In this document: positions 49,201 to 61,200 of the stretch, one piece after another | Position numbering within the stretch: the first letter of the stretch is position 1 | Layout: every line of letters starts with the position of its first letter | NCBI GenBank assembly: GCA_013265495.1 | Contig: MU058824.1 | Coordinates: 4,553,111-4,617,110 of the forward strand | Direction: 5' to 3' | DNA from: Vicugna vicugna | Lineage: Eukaryota | Length of the DNA stretch: 64,000 bases | The notes under the pieces: generated by a model | Database searches by the model: none | Seen by the model: only the letters and a program-made list of their open reading frames with translations | What the model was told of the DNA's origin: nothing | Made by a program: the position numbers and the translations under genes

Positions 49201-52200
49201 TAGAGCAGGACTTTAGGCAACCCCTCAGAGCCAGTATCTTTTCCTTGATCTTTGCTTATTGCCTCATTTAAGAAAGTGGAAGCTCTGTGTGTGGTGCCAG
49301 GCACTTTCGGCTCCCCCAGCATTCCTACCAGGGGAAGGTCTTTTCTGGTTGATATGCCATCAAATCCCGAAGATGAGGAGTCATCTGGTACCAAATTCTG
49401 GAGCCAATGCCCAGGATGCTTGTGCGAAGTGCAGGAGAATGGACACGCTCGCCCCACTTAGGTATTCTTACTAACTGTGAACCATGTCAGATCTGCACAT
49501 AACCAAAAGGGCACTGGTGAAACAGCTATTGCTAGAGGATTTGGTGAGCAACAGTATAAAGGGTGTCTGGCAACAAAAAAAGAGAAACAGTGTCTAACAT
49601 AAAATAGCATGAGGCACTGTCAGAGCAGGTCTAAAAAAGGGCCCAGTGAAACAAAATTGGGGTGTGCTTTTCTCATGAAGCTTAAGGGGCCAAGGTCTCT
49701 CTCTATGGCATGGTACAGCCCACTCATCCTCACCTGTGGAGGAGCGTCCAGGACCTAGGACATGATCCTCCGTCTCAGGACATTTGCCCCTTCTTTCTCC
49801 TAGATGATAAGTAGATATTTGTAATTTGGACATGTGTCTGATCCGTTCATGCTGGACAACAGCAAGGCATGTATTAGTTTTTAAGACATCCTTGTCACTA
49901 AAACATGAGGAAAAGTCTGGATCCACCTAAGATGTTTGCAGTGCTCATAGGTAGGCCCTATGTATCACAAGATGCCAAGAGCCCAGGGATGAGATGAAAA
50001 GATCCCTAGATGCAGCATTTCAGGGGGAATGTGTACACACTACTCCATATTGTAGGTCAGGGGTTCTCAGCCAGTGTGTTGAGGTAAAGGTCCCCTCTGC
50101 CCTTAATGTAGACAGGCAGGATGGGGGACAGCTGGAGACCCATACTGTCTCCAGTGGCTGTTACCTTAAGTCACAAACAGCGTAGTTCCTTTACCCCAAA
50201 TACCTTACAAAAATTACCATGTTCTATGCATGCTATGTATATGAAACGGCCAGGAAGTACTGCTGTAGAAGCCACAGTTTAGAGGAGCCATCCTCATGCT
50301 ATGAAAGTGTAGACATCCCCAAACTCGTGGAAACCACGGTGGAAATGTAGACCCTCACCCACCACCATGGATAGGGACTCGGTGAAGGCCACATACCGTG
50401 GAGAAGAACATGGTGAAGGTGTAGACAGCGGCTTCTAGCACATATCGGCTCCGAATGGCCAGGACCACGGGTGGCAAAAACATGAGGTTGCTCAGGCACA
50501 GCAGTAGTGTGGACAGGAGCTGGAATCCATAGGTGAGCGCATCCGCACTGTCGGTGCAGCCCCAGCCCCGCCACCCTGCGAGTGGGAAGGGCACAGGATG
50601 GAAGAGGACAGAAGGCAGCCATGGGTTCAGCAGACACTTCTGCTGGCGGCCTCTGGCCAAGCCCGACACCACGGCCAGGGGACACTCTGCCCCCGCTTTC
50701 TCTCCAAACCCAGCAACTCAGGCTGCCGCCTCCCTCCCGTCCCCAGCTGGGCTCCCTTGCCAGCCTGGCCGCTCACCGGCCTTGCACTCGCAGGCGGCGT
50801 ACAGGTAGTTGTGCGTGCGCAGCAGCTTGCACTGGCCGTAGGGCCCGCAGTCGTCCACGCACGGGGACAGAAAGGTGCGCAGCCGCACCTCGGCCGTCGC
50901 GTTCCGGCACCGCACAAACCTGCGCACAAACTGGCCGTCACCTGGGGCCTGGGGTTGCATCCTCCCAGCCCCGCCCCGCCCCGCCCTGCACTGCTCACCG
51001 AGGCCCCACCCCGCACAGGGAGCGCAGGGTCAGGAACCAGGTCCCCGTCTGCGGGAACGGGATTCGCAGCCTGGCCACTCTGGAGGTGGCACTGACCGTG
51101 AGGAGGAAACCGGCCAGGGACTCTGAGGGGAGAAGGTAAGGGGCACTGTGGGGTCAGGACCTAAAGAACCTTCATCCACCTACCCCTACTTCCCAGACGC
51201 CCAACCACCCTTCTTCCATACCCTCCTCCCCGTTGCCCCAAACTTCCAGCCCCCTCCCATTCCCCAATTCCTCACCCCACCTTTGGAACAGGTCACTGCT
51301 GCATCCCCCTGGCTCAAGGGCACCTCGTGAGTCAGGCATCCGAACACTGTCACATTTTCCTGGTGCAGGGAGCTCTGGGCAGGGCAAGTATAAAGATGAG
51401 GCTGTCACATCCTCCAGGTCCTCCTACCACCACCTCCAAACTCCTACACCTCTCAACCCCTCCCCAGAAGCCCCTCCCGGCTGTCACTGGACACCCCATT
51501 CTGACAGGTGCTCACCACACTGAAGGCTCCCCTACCTCCTTCATTCTTACAATAGAGAAACTGGGGAACACCACCATCTTCCACAGCAGAGATCTTTCAA
51601 AGACTGATAAGATGGCAAGGCTAATTCTTAATCTTTTCTTTGGGCAGAATGGTTTAAATTCTGTCCAGGCAAGAGAGAACACCCTCTTTCTCAGTCTATC
51701 TAATTTGTTGAGGGGAAGGGGAAGGGCACTGTTGCTGGATGTAGAAACTGGTTGTGAACAAAGGTAACTGTAAAGCTTATCAATCATCTTCACATCTTCA
51801 CCTGGGCCTGAAGGCAAGAGTCATGTAAAGAAATGCACTCATCCTCAGGTAAAAAAATTCTAGGTACTGAACAGTAGTAACAGAATGCCTGTGGGATTAA
51901 ATGTAGCAACTGGCTGGGATGAAAAGAAACCGGATATCCACAAGAGTAAATGGAAAGGGTTGTCCACAAGAATAAAGGTAACAGGAAGCCATAAGATCAC
52001 CTCATTCAAGAAGGATTTGAGGCAGCTTATTAAATACATATAATAGGATAAAATAAATGCATGAGGGAAGTTTACAAATCAGGATAGGAAAACAAAGTCT
52101 GTCCCTAGACATTGGCCAGATATTTGATGCTGACTTCCAAGCAACCAAAGCAAAGAAGGAAATATGATGAGTGACCAGATTTGCAAGTTCACAAGATAAA

Positions 52201-55200
52201 AGTTAATCAATCTCAGAAGCACTGCACCCAAAAGGGTGGTTCTCAGTTAACTTTGAATCAAGGAAGCACTAAGTTATTTGCAAAAGATGAAACTGACAAG
52301 GGCTTAATTTCCAGAATATACAAACAGCTCATATGATTTAATAAGAAAAAAACCAAACCCAATTCAAAAATGGGCAGAAGACCTAAACAAACAATTCTCC
52401 TATGAAGACATATGAATGACCAATAGGCACATGAAAAAATGCTCAATATCACTAATTACCAGGGAAATGCAAATCAAAACTATAATGAGGTATCACCTCA
52501 CACCAGCCAGAATGGCCATCACTCAAAAGTCCACAAATGATAAATGCTGGAGAGAGTGTCAAGAAAAGGGTCGTTTGGTACAGCCATTATGGAAAACAGT
52601 ATGGAGATTCCTCAAAAGACTAAAAATAGACTTACCATATGACCCAGCAATCCCACTCCTGGGCATATACCCAGAAGGAACCCAAATTTAAAAAGACACC
52701 TGCACCCCAGTATTCATAGCAGCACTATCTACAATAGCCAAGACATGGAAACAACCTTAATGTCCATCAACAGATGACTAGATAAAGAAGTTGTGGTATG
52801 TTTATACAATGGAATAATACTCAGCCATAAAAATGACAACATAATGCCATTTGCAGCAATATGGATGTCCCTGGAGAATGTCAAAGTGAAATAAGCCAGA
52901 AAGAGAAAGAAAAATACCATATGACATCACTCATATGTGGAATCTAAAAAAAAAAAAAGACAAATGAACTTATATATAAAACAGAAACAGATTCAGACAT
53001 AGAATACAGACTTGTGGTTGCCAGGAAGAAGCAGGGTGGGAAGGGATAAACTGGGAGTTCAAGAATTGCAGATACTGACATATAATATAAACAAGTTTAT
53101 ACTGTATAGCACAGGGAAATATATTCAATATTTTATAGTAGCTCATGGCAAAAAAGAATATAAAAATGAATATATGTATATTCATGTATGACTGAAGAAT
53201 TGTGTTGTACACCAGAAATTGATACATTGTAAACTTGACTATAACTCAATAAAAAGAAATAAATTTTTTAAAAAAGCACTAAGTGCCTCCTATCCTTAAC
53301 TGCCAGAGTGAATTTCATACAACTTGCTCGTAACCTCCCTCAATGCAAGCCCAGGGCAATATGCCAAATTGCCAAATTATTCAGCACAAGCCCTTCTGGT
53401 GAGAGCCAAGCAAAAATGTCCTCTAGGTATGCAGTTTTCTGATCCAAATGTCCAATTCTTGATCCAAGGGAAAAATCAAAATACTTGGAGGGAAACATCA
53501 GAGTAGAGGTGCCAATATACCTTTCAGAATAAACATAACAGGCTGTCTGAGGTATGCAGCAAGTGTCAAAGCATGCAGATGGCTGGAATGTAAGCATATG
53601 CCCTTTAGAGAAAATGGACAAGAATGCAGAGAGGGATAGGGTTAGGGAGCGAGGGCTGGGCCGCTCCTCTCAGGATCCTGAGGAAGAGAGAGTATGGATG
53701 AGGCTGGCCTCTGATATAAGCTCTATGGTTTCAAGGTCAAATCAAGACTTCACTGTCATTGCCCAAAGTCATGGCAATAAGCAAACACAAAATATATACT
53801 CTTAGCCAGAACAGAATCAGAGAGCAAGATGCAAATAAGGAACATCTCAGGGTTGAAATCAGCTCTGTCCTGACCAGCAGGACCACTAGAAACTTCTGAG
53901 CCGTGTCCCATAAAATACCACATCAAGCCACAGACCAGGTCTCAAGTGGGCTGATAGGAAAACTGTCCCTGCCCCAGAACTGGGGGATAGTAGAATTAAA
54001 AGGATTCCTGGCTGAGGGAACAATAGTTAAATTATTAGATCAATGGCAACCCAAGACAATTGCCAGTGGCCTGACACAAAACTCTGCCCTTAGCCCAGTC
54101 TTATTCAACGCTGAAAATAATGACTAAGTCATGTAGAAGGCTAGCTTTTCAAGTGTGGGAGTTACACAAAACAGAGAAGACCCAAGGCCCAAACCAGTAT
54201 TAGGCAATGCCTCAAAGATGGACATAAATTCTTCCACTCGGGTTAAAAAGTACACTGCAAAAACACAAGATAGGAATTGGCAGTGTTTATACGTACCAGG
54301 CTCAGGGCATGAAAATGCGTATGCCCCTTGGTTACAACTAGATAAATACAGCAGTCAACGTGGATAAGGACTAGGGGGACAATGTGGATAAGGCACTAGG
54401 GTGCCTTCTTCTATTTTCCAAGGCTTTTATGTGTGATCCTATTACTTCTATAATTAAAAAGTAAATGTATACAATTGTTTTGAAGAAAAAAAATGGAAAG
54501 GAAAAAGACCCAGAGGTCTTAGTTCACCACAAGCCTCAAGTCCCACAGTGTGAGACAGCAGCTGAAAGAGGTAACTTGATCTCAGGCTGCCTGCCACCCA
54601 GCTCAGACCACCCCAGATCACTTATTTCAGAGGCACAGTGACAAGCAGTATGAGGAGAGAGTGGAGTTTGAAGAGGAGGTTCAGCTTTGGTGAGATTGAG
54701 AGGCATCTGAAGGGCTGTTAAAATTGGATAGAGATGCAACAAATGTACCACACTAAGGTATGATGTGAGTAATACGGGAAACTGTGCAGGGAAAGAAAGG
54801 AACTCTCTGTACTTTCCTCAGTTTTTCTGTAAGCCTAAAACTTCTCTGAAAAATAAAGTCTATTTATTTAAAAAAATGGACAAGGTAGATGACTGGATGT
54901 TGCTTCTGAGGTAAAACAAAGATCAGTGGGTAAAAATCCACGGAGGCAGACTTCAACAGAATGCCAAGAATACCTCTGGCAATCAGAGCTGTCTAAGTAC
55001 AGACTGTATGGTCTCAAGAGGTGGTGAACTCCCATCACAGGAGATCTGCAAGAAAAAATCCACACCTGCCATAGAGAGAGGCCCTTAGTGAGTGGCAAGT
55101 TGGCCTGCAAAACTGGGAAAATCTGGACCATTCTGAGCTGCCCTGGCTTCCTAGCCCATTTGCAATAAATACTCAGGGTACATTTGTTGACCAGAATTGG

Positions 55201-58200
55201 GCTGATACATGGTCTCTAACCATAAAACTGGGTGAAAGCAACCTGGATAGGCTTCCTGGAGGAGGTAGGGCCCCTTCACCCCTGACATCATCTCCTTCAG
55301 GTTCCACCACAGGGCGACCTCCCCGTTCTCCACAAAGAGTACCGCATTGAGCTGGAGCTCCAGGCTGAGGACACCTCCGCTGTCCAGCACTGGCAGCAGC
55401 CTCAGGGCAAACACAGCTGGACGCTCAGGGGGGAGGGCCACGCTGGGGCCAAAGAAGATGTAGAAGTGGACGGAGAAGGTGTCCAGTTCATTGCGCAGCG
55501 TCGGGCGCACCGGCCAGCAGTGCTCGGGAGGGGATGTGGCCCCAGGCCCCTCGGCAGGGGCTCCGAGGGATGGCGGCTCTGGGGGCAGTGACTGGCTGCC
55601 CAGTGACTGGGGCATGTTCATGGCAGCTCCAGGGACCAGGGCACGGGACAGGCTGGGCTGTGGGCACTCTGTGGGGCAGAGAAAATTGGAGCTGGGGCCT
55701 GCCGCCCTCACAGCCCTGCAGCCCCACCACAAAAGATCTGAGCCAGACGGGATTTATCAAAGGGTGAGGAGGGTGACAACTAAAATCAAATGTCTCCTAG
55801 GAGTCTGGCATCTAAGTTCACAGGACAGGGTCCAGGGCCTTCCTAATGTTCACAGCTAACAGAATGTCACGTTGAGGAAATCAAGGTCATCTCTCCCTCC
55901 CCAAGGGCAATGAGAACACGGCTGAAACAGATGATGGACCCTCTTACTGACTTGCAAGGGCTTTGGCAAGGACATGACCCAGAGGTCCTAGCTGTCCCTG
56001 CCTACCCCAGGACACTGAAATAGAGATTAAATCAAGGAGAGTAATGAGGTCCCTTAGTTAGCCTCCAGTCAGGTGCCAAAAAACCATCTGAAGGCCTTCC
56101 AGCGAATGGAAGCTCCAAGTAGGAGGGCTTTGGGGAGTGTGAAGGAGCCTGGGTAGGGTCAGGGAAGTCAAGTCACAGGGACATAGCTGAGGATCAGTGA
56201 ACACAGCCACTATGCCTGCCCCTTCCCAGCTACAGGTGTGGACACAGGCTGGGTGGCTGGACAGGTGTGGGGCTTCTAACCTTGCAACCGCACACACAGC
56301 TGGAAGCGGATGGTCCTGCCAGGGCCCCGCGATGGTGTCTCCACACGCACGTAGACCCAGTGCCCCCAGGGGGGTAGTGCCAGCTCCAGCTGGCATACCG
56401 ATGTACCTCCACAGGCCACAGAGCTTGAGTTGTGCAGGGGTGGGGCCTTGGGACGTAGGCGCAGTGTCAGGGGGCAGGCAGATGCCCCTCGGCCCCCCAC
56501 ACACACCAGCTGTGCTGAAACCCTGTAAGTGAAGCTGGGCACAAAGACCCTGGGCAGAGGGGAGGTTGGGGGTAAGAAAAGACAGGGTACAGAGAGGTGA
56601 GAGGGACACAGGATGAGGGAAACACTGGGAAGAAGGGGTCATGGAGAGGTAAGGGACACAGGAGAACAGGAGACCTTTTGGGGGTCTTCCCCTCTGTCCT
56701 GGGAGAGAGGGAGGGAGGGTCAGGCCAGCCCTCGGGCTCTGGGTGGCCCAGCAGTCCAGGCTGGCTGGAGGGAGAGCAGGAACAGCAGGCAGGCTAAGAA
56801 GCCAAAAGAACCTTGTTCCCTTTTTGAGGTCAGGGAAGGAAGACAGGAAGGGCCCGGTTTAGGGGAGCATTCCACTTACTTGTACAGGGCTGAGCGATTG
56901 TGGGGGGAGAGGGTTTGTTCTGAGGGTCGCCCAGGCACCAACACGGCAACGTCCAGCAAACGCCGGACAATCAGCTGCGGCTGAAGGAGGTACTGACACT
57001 CATCCTGTAGACCCTGAGACAAAAGCAGGGGTGATAGGAGGGGAGAGACAGAAAGGTGCACTAAAGCAAGGCAAACAGCCTGCTGAGGACGGGGACAAAC
57101 CTCCTCCAGCCCTCCTGCTTCTGGGGCTATGACTGCGGTCTCTCTAAGCTCTGGGTCCTTCCTAGGTCTGCAGGATCTGTTGTGACCCTCAGCACTGGCT
57201 GAGGTTTAGAGACACAAAACCAGGCCCTCCTGACAATCAGGCCCTGCCTACCCTCCTCCAACCCAATCCCTCCTCCTGAGTATCCCTGGACAGACCCTCA
57301 AGGTAATTCTGAACCACTCCATTCCCTGACCAAGCCCTCAGGAACGCAGAGCACTAGCACTCCTTGAGCATAGGAAAGCTCCTTAAAGGCCTCCAGTCCA
57401 AACCTCCCTCCTCCCCCAGCTGAATCTTTCATTTCCTTTATTCTCCACCTGCCCCTCCCAAGTGCTTGTCCAGCCTCTACTTAAACACCCCCAGGAAAGA
57501 GCCATTCTACCTCCCAGGCAATCTCCAGACTATAAGCAACCCGAGAACAGAAACCTGGTCTGCCAGACACAGAGCCTAATGTAAAGTGCACCCTTCACAG
57601 ATGAACATTTGCTGAATAAATGAATCAACCCAGCTCGGGGCAGCTCTGACCTTTATGAAGCAGAGCCTATCTTCTGTCTCCCTTCCCACCACTCTGCCTC
57701 ATGGGCCCCCAGATGCATCTGCTCCTTCTGCCCCAGTCTGGGTTTCTTCTGTTACTGGAGGAGAACAGCCACGTCTCCCTAGCACTGGATAGAATCCCTA
57801 GCACTTCTGGATAGAATCCCTAGCACTTCTCTACTCAGGTGACACCACCAGGCCCAGGCAGCCACAGCATTTTCAGGGAGCACAGTCCCATTTGTTCCAG
57901 CTCCTCTTCTGCAGCCTTTGCAGCAATCTGGGCCCTCGATACTAGCAGTTCAGGGGAAGAGGGGCTCCTGATTAGGCTTCTCTCATCTTCTGAACAAATG
58001 GCCTTATGCCCAATAAACCAGAGGCTATTGTTCACTTACGTGGTTATTCTTACCAAGACATACCATTAACCTTGTTCGGGGACAAAGATCCCAGGCTCTG
58101 ACATCCCACTGAGTTCCCTGCCATGGAATAAGCCAGCCAAGGCATGTCTGCTGACTTCTAGCAAAGTTCCACAAGGCTGGAAAGAGGCCTTGATGGATGC

Positions 58201-61200
58201 CATGCTGCAACATCTCATTATCCTCTGCCTTCTGCATCACTGCATCCCCAATGCCCAACACACCACCTGGCATACACTCGGTGCTAGAAAATATCTATTG
58301 AGTTAAAGAACTGGTCTCAAAAAGAGGGTCCCTTCAGAGAGCTCCTGAACCCATCTAGTTACTCAGAGACCTCCATCTCTGCTTTCCAAAGCAAATGTCC
58401 CTCATCTTTGATATCAAATACTAAAAACCAGAAATACTCTCACAAGTTATTTCATTGACCCCACTTCCTAAGGTCAGGAATCACTACCATAATAATCTTG
58501 CTGTGAATGATCCCCAAGGCTGAGGACTCACACTCAGAAAATGGCCCATTTCCTTACTAGACAGTCCAGAGGGAAGAAACACTTTGTTCCACATTTTGCT
58601 TGCTGTTGGCCTAACTAAAGGATAGTGGACAGGACCTCTCTGGTTAACAAGTGCTCCTTCCTTAAACTGTATAATGTGCACATCCAACTCCCTTCTTATA
58701 GATAGGAGCATTCAGTCAGTGGAGAGCAGGGAAGATGCAGTGACCTTCACCCTGTACTGGGGCCACAGAAAGGGCACCAGAAGTCAGATCCTCAAGAGAT
58801 GCCATGGCAGAAGCCAAGTGAGAGAATCCAAACTCAGTCAACATCCCTTGTCATGAAAGGAACAGCGCTAAAACAAGGAAGCTTGAGAAACTAAGAGGGC
58901 CAAAAGTAAGAAGGGGAGTGAGAAGCAATCTGAAAGAAGCTGGAGTGGAAGGCCTTAGATTGGTTCCTAGACTGTCCTAGTATGGGTGGGCTGGATGTCT
59001 TCAGAAAAGTCTGAGCCTCTGGGTGAGGTGTGCAGACTGAAGATGCCCAAAGACACCTGGCCTTCTCTGTGGGAATATTTCAGTACTTAGCACTGCCCCA
59101 GCCCACAGTCAGCCAGCACCAATCAACATGGAAGTAAATAATCGCTGGACAGACTTCAGGGGGCAAGAGTGGAAGCAGGGAGTCCACTTAGGAGGTTACT
59201 GTGGTGGTCCAGCAGAAGGCTGAGGGGAGGTGTGTTAAGGGCAGAAATAGAGTAGGTGCACCCAGTGCATGCTTTAGTAGTACGGTCAACAAGACTTTCC
59301 CTATAGATCAGTTGTGTGGAAATAAGAGAAAAAAGGAGAATAAAGTATGACACCTAAATCTGGGGCTTGAGCAAATGGTAAATGGCAGTGCCATTTACTG
59401 AGAAGAAGATTAGAGAAAGAAGAGGCTTAGACTGGGAGACGTGAACTAGCAATCAAAGAGATTTTTACATTAGTCTCTGGATATGTACTTGCTAAGTCTG
59501 AGATGGGCCTTAGGCATCCAATCGGAAATGCCAAGCAAGCCATCGAATATGAAGTCTGAGACTCAAAGAAATTAGGACCTTCTCAATATACTTGGAAAAC
59601 ATGAACTTATAGGTAGTATTTAAAACCACGGTGCTGGAGACACCTAGCAAGAGAATGGAGAAATAAAAAGGAGTTTTCCCAAGACCAAGCTTTGGGGCAT
59701 CACAACATGAATAAGATCAAGCAGAGGAGAAGCCAGGAAAGGAGACAGAGGAGTGGGTGGTGGGCAGGAGGAAAACCAGGACAGTGCTGTAAAGTCACAA
59801 AGGCCAAGAGGAGAAACTGTTTCAAGACGGAACGGGTAATATGAGTAACTAGGTAACAGCTGGTTACTAGTTACCTCTGGAAAGGGGACGTGGGGACTAA
59901 ACGGGGACCAAGGGAAGAGGAAAACTTACTTTTCACTGTATGCCTTTTGTACCTTTCGAATGTTGTATCAGGTGCATATATTACCTATTTGAAATACAAA
60001 TAAAATAATTTAGAAGGAGGAAGAAGAGCAGAAGGAAGACTGCTAGCAGATTTTAACCACAACACTTGAGATACTGAGCCGCGCTTGGTCCTAGCTGGTG
60101 GATTCAACCGAATCTTCTCTTCTGTACAATCGGCTTCTTTGCTTTCCTCACTGTTGTTTTCATTATTTATCTGCTTTTATTTACTTTCAAATCTTGGAGC
60201 TGGGAAGAGGAAGCACTCAACGAGAACTGTGCCCCAGGCATTTGGAGAACATATTCCTAATAAGCCATTTGGGTGCCAGATGTTACCCACAACCCAAAGG
60301 CCAGCCCTTCAGGGCAGACTGGCAGCTGGACACCACAGGGTGCACATATGCTCCAACACAGGAAACACAAGGAGACGGAGGGCATGGGTCAAGACAGAAG
60401 GGGTTGACAGAAATAAGAAGAAAAGGAAAGGAGGAGAAACGAGATCAGTTTTAGGCAACATGAGTTTGAGAAAATGGCAAAGGGGCAAAAAATATTTGCC
60501 AGGCCCCAACAATGTGCCAGGCTCTGTGCTGGACGCTAGGAATACAGTCGTGAATAACACAGACACAGGGGCCAGAGCTCAGGAAAGCACTGCACCAGAT
60601 AAGTCACTTCCCTTTTACAACCTCATAAGGCTTCCCAGTCACTCTCAGGATAAAGTTCAAGCTTCTAGGTCCTTTATGATCTGCCCTCTGTTCACCCCTC
60701 CAGCTCCCTCACTCATCCCAACAACTGCCCCACACTGAACCACTTCAGTTCTCCCTTCTCAGCTTTAGCCCATGCTACTCCTACCACCTGGAGTGCCCTT
60801 CCCAGCTTTCTCAACATCAGGCCTCACTTCCTAACAGTTTCCTAAAACCACTTCTCCACCACACTACCGAGCTGAGGCATCCACCTCTCCTTTGTCCTCC
60901 TAAAATATCTCACTAATATACATCTTATTTATCTGTGTCCCTAGCATCCAACCCAGGGCCTGGAACAAAGCAGGTGCTCAAAGACTAAGGTCTAGTGGGA
61001 GGCCTGAACTCATCCCAAAGCTAAGGAGGCCCCTAGAAACAGTGCTGCCTTCTTATTGCCAGGACTCTTCAGTCCCTACCCAAGGATATCCCTGAACCCA
61101 CACCACTTCCTTTGTTGGCCAAGTCCCATGGGAAGTCAGAACCATGGTACAAGGAGGAGACAAGTTGAGAGACAGAGCCCTGGAGAAGCGCTCTGGACAA

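Larger units (their letters stand above)
50550..51125. promoter_or_regulatory. Intragenic CpG-rich island with GC boxes
   Basis: Visibly dense CpGs over three exons and short introns; tandem CCCCG repeats at about 50969-50986. Confidence 0.65.

Noticed and set aside
57835..58035. Protein-like peptide [17 protein letters not shown] near a GTAAGT donor
   Set aside because: No recognisable homologue, and the TMEM8B exon chain is phase-complete without it.
60085..60738. 217-aa plus-strand ORF
   Set aside because: TTG start, runs through L2-like fragments and has no domain features.
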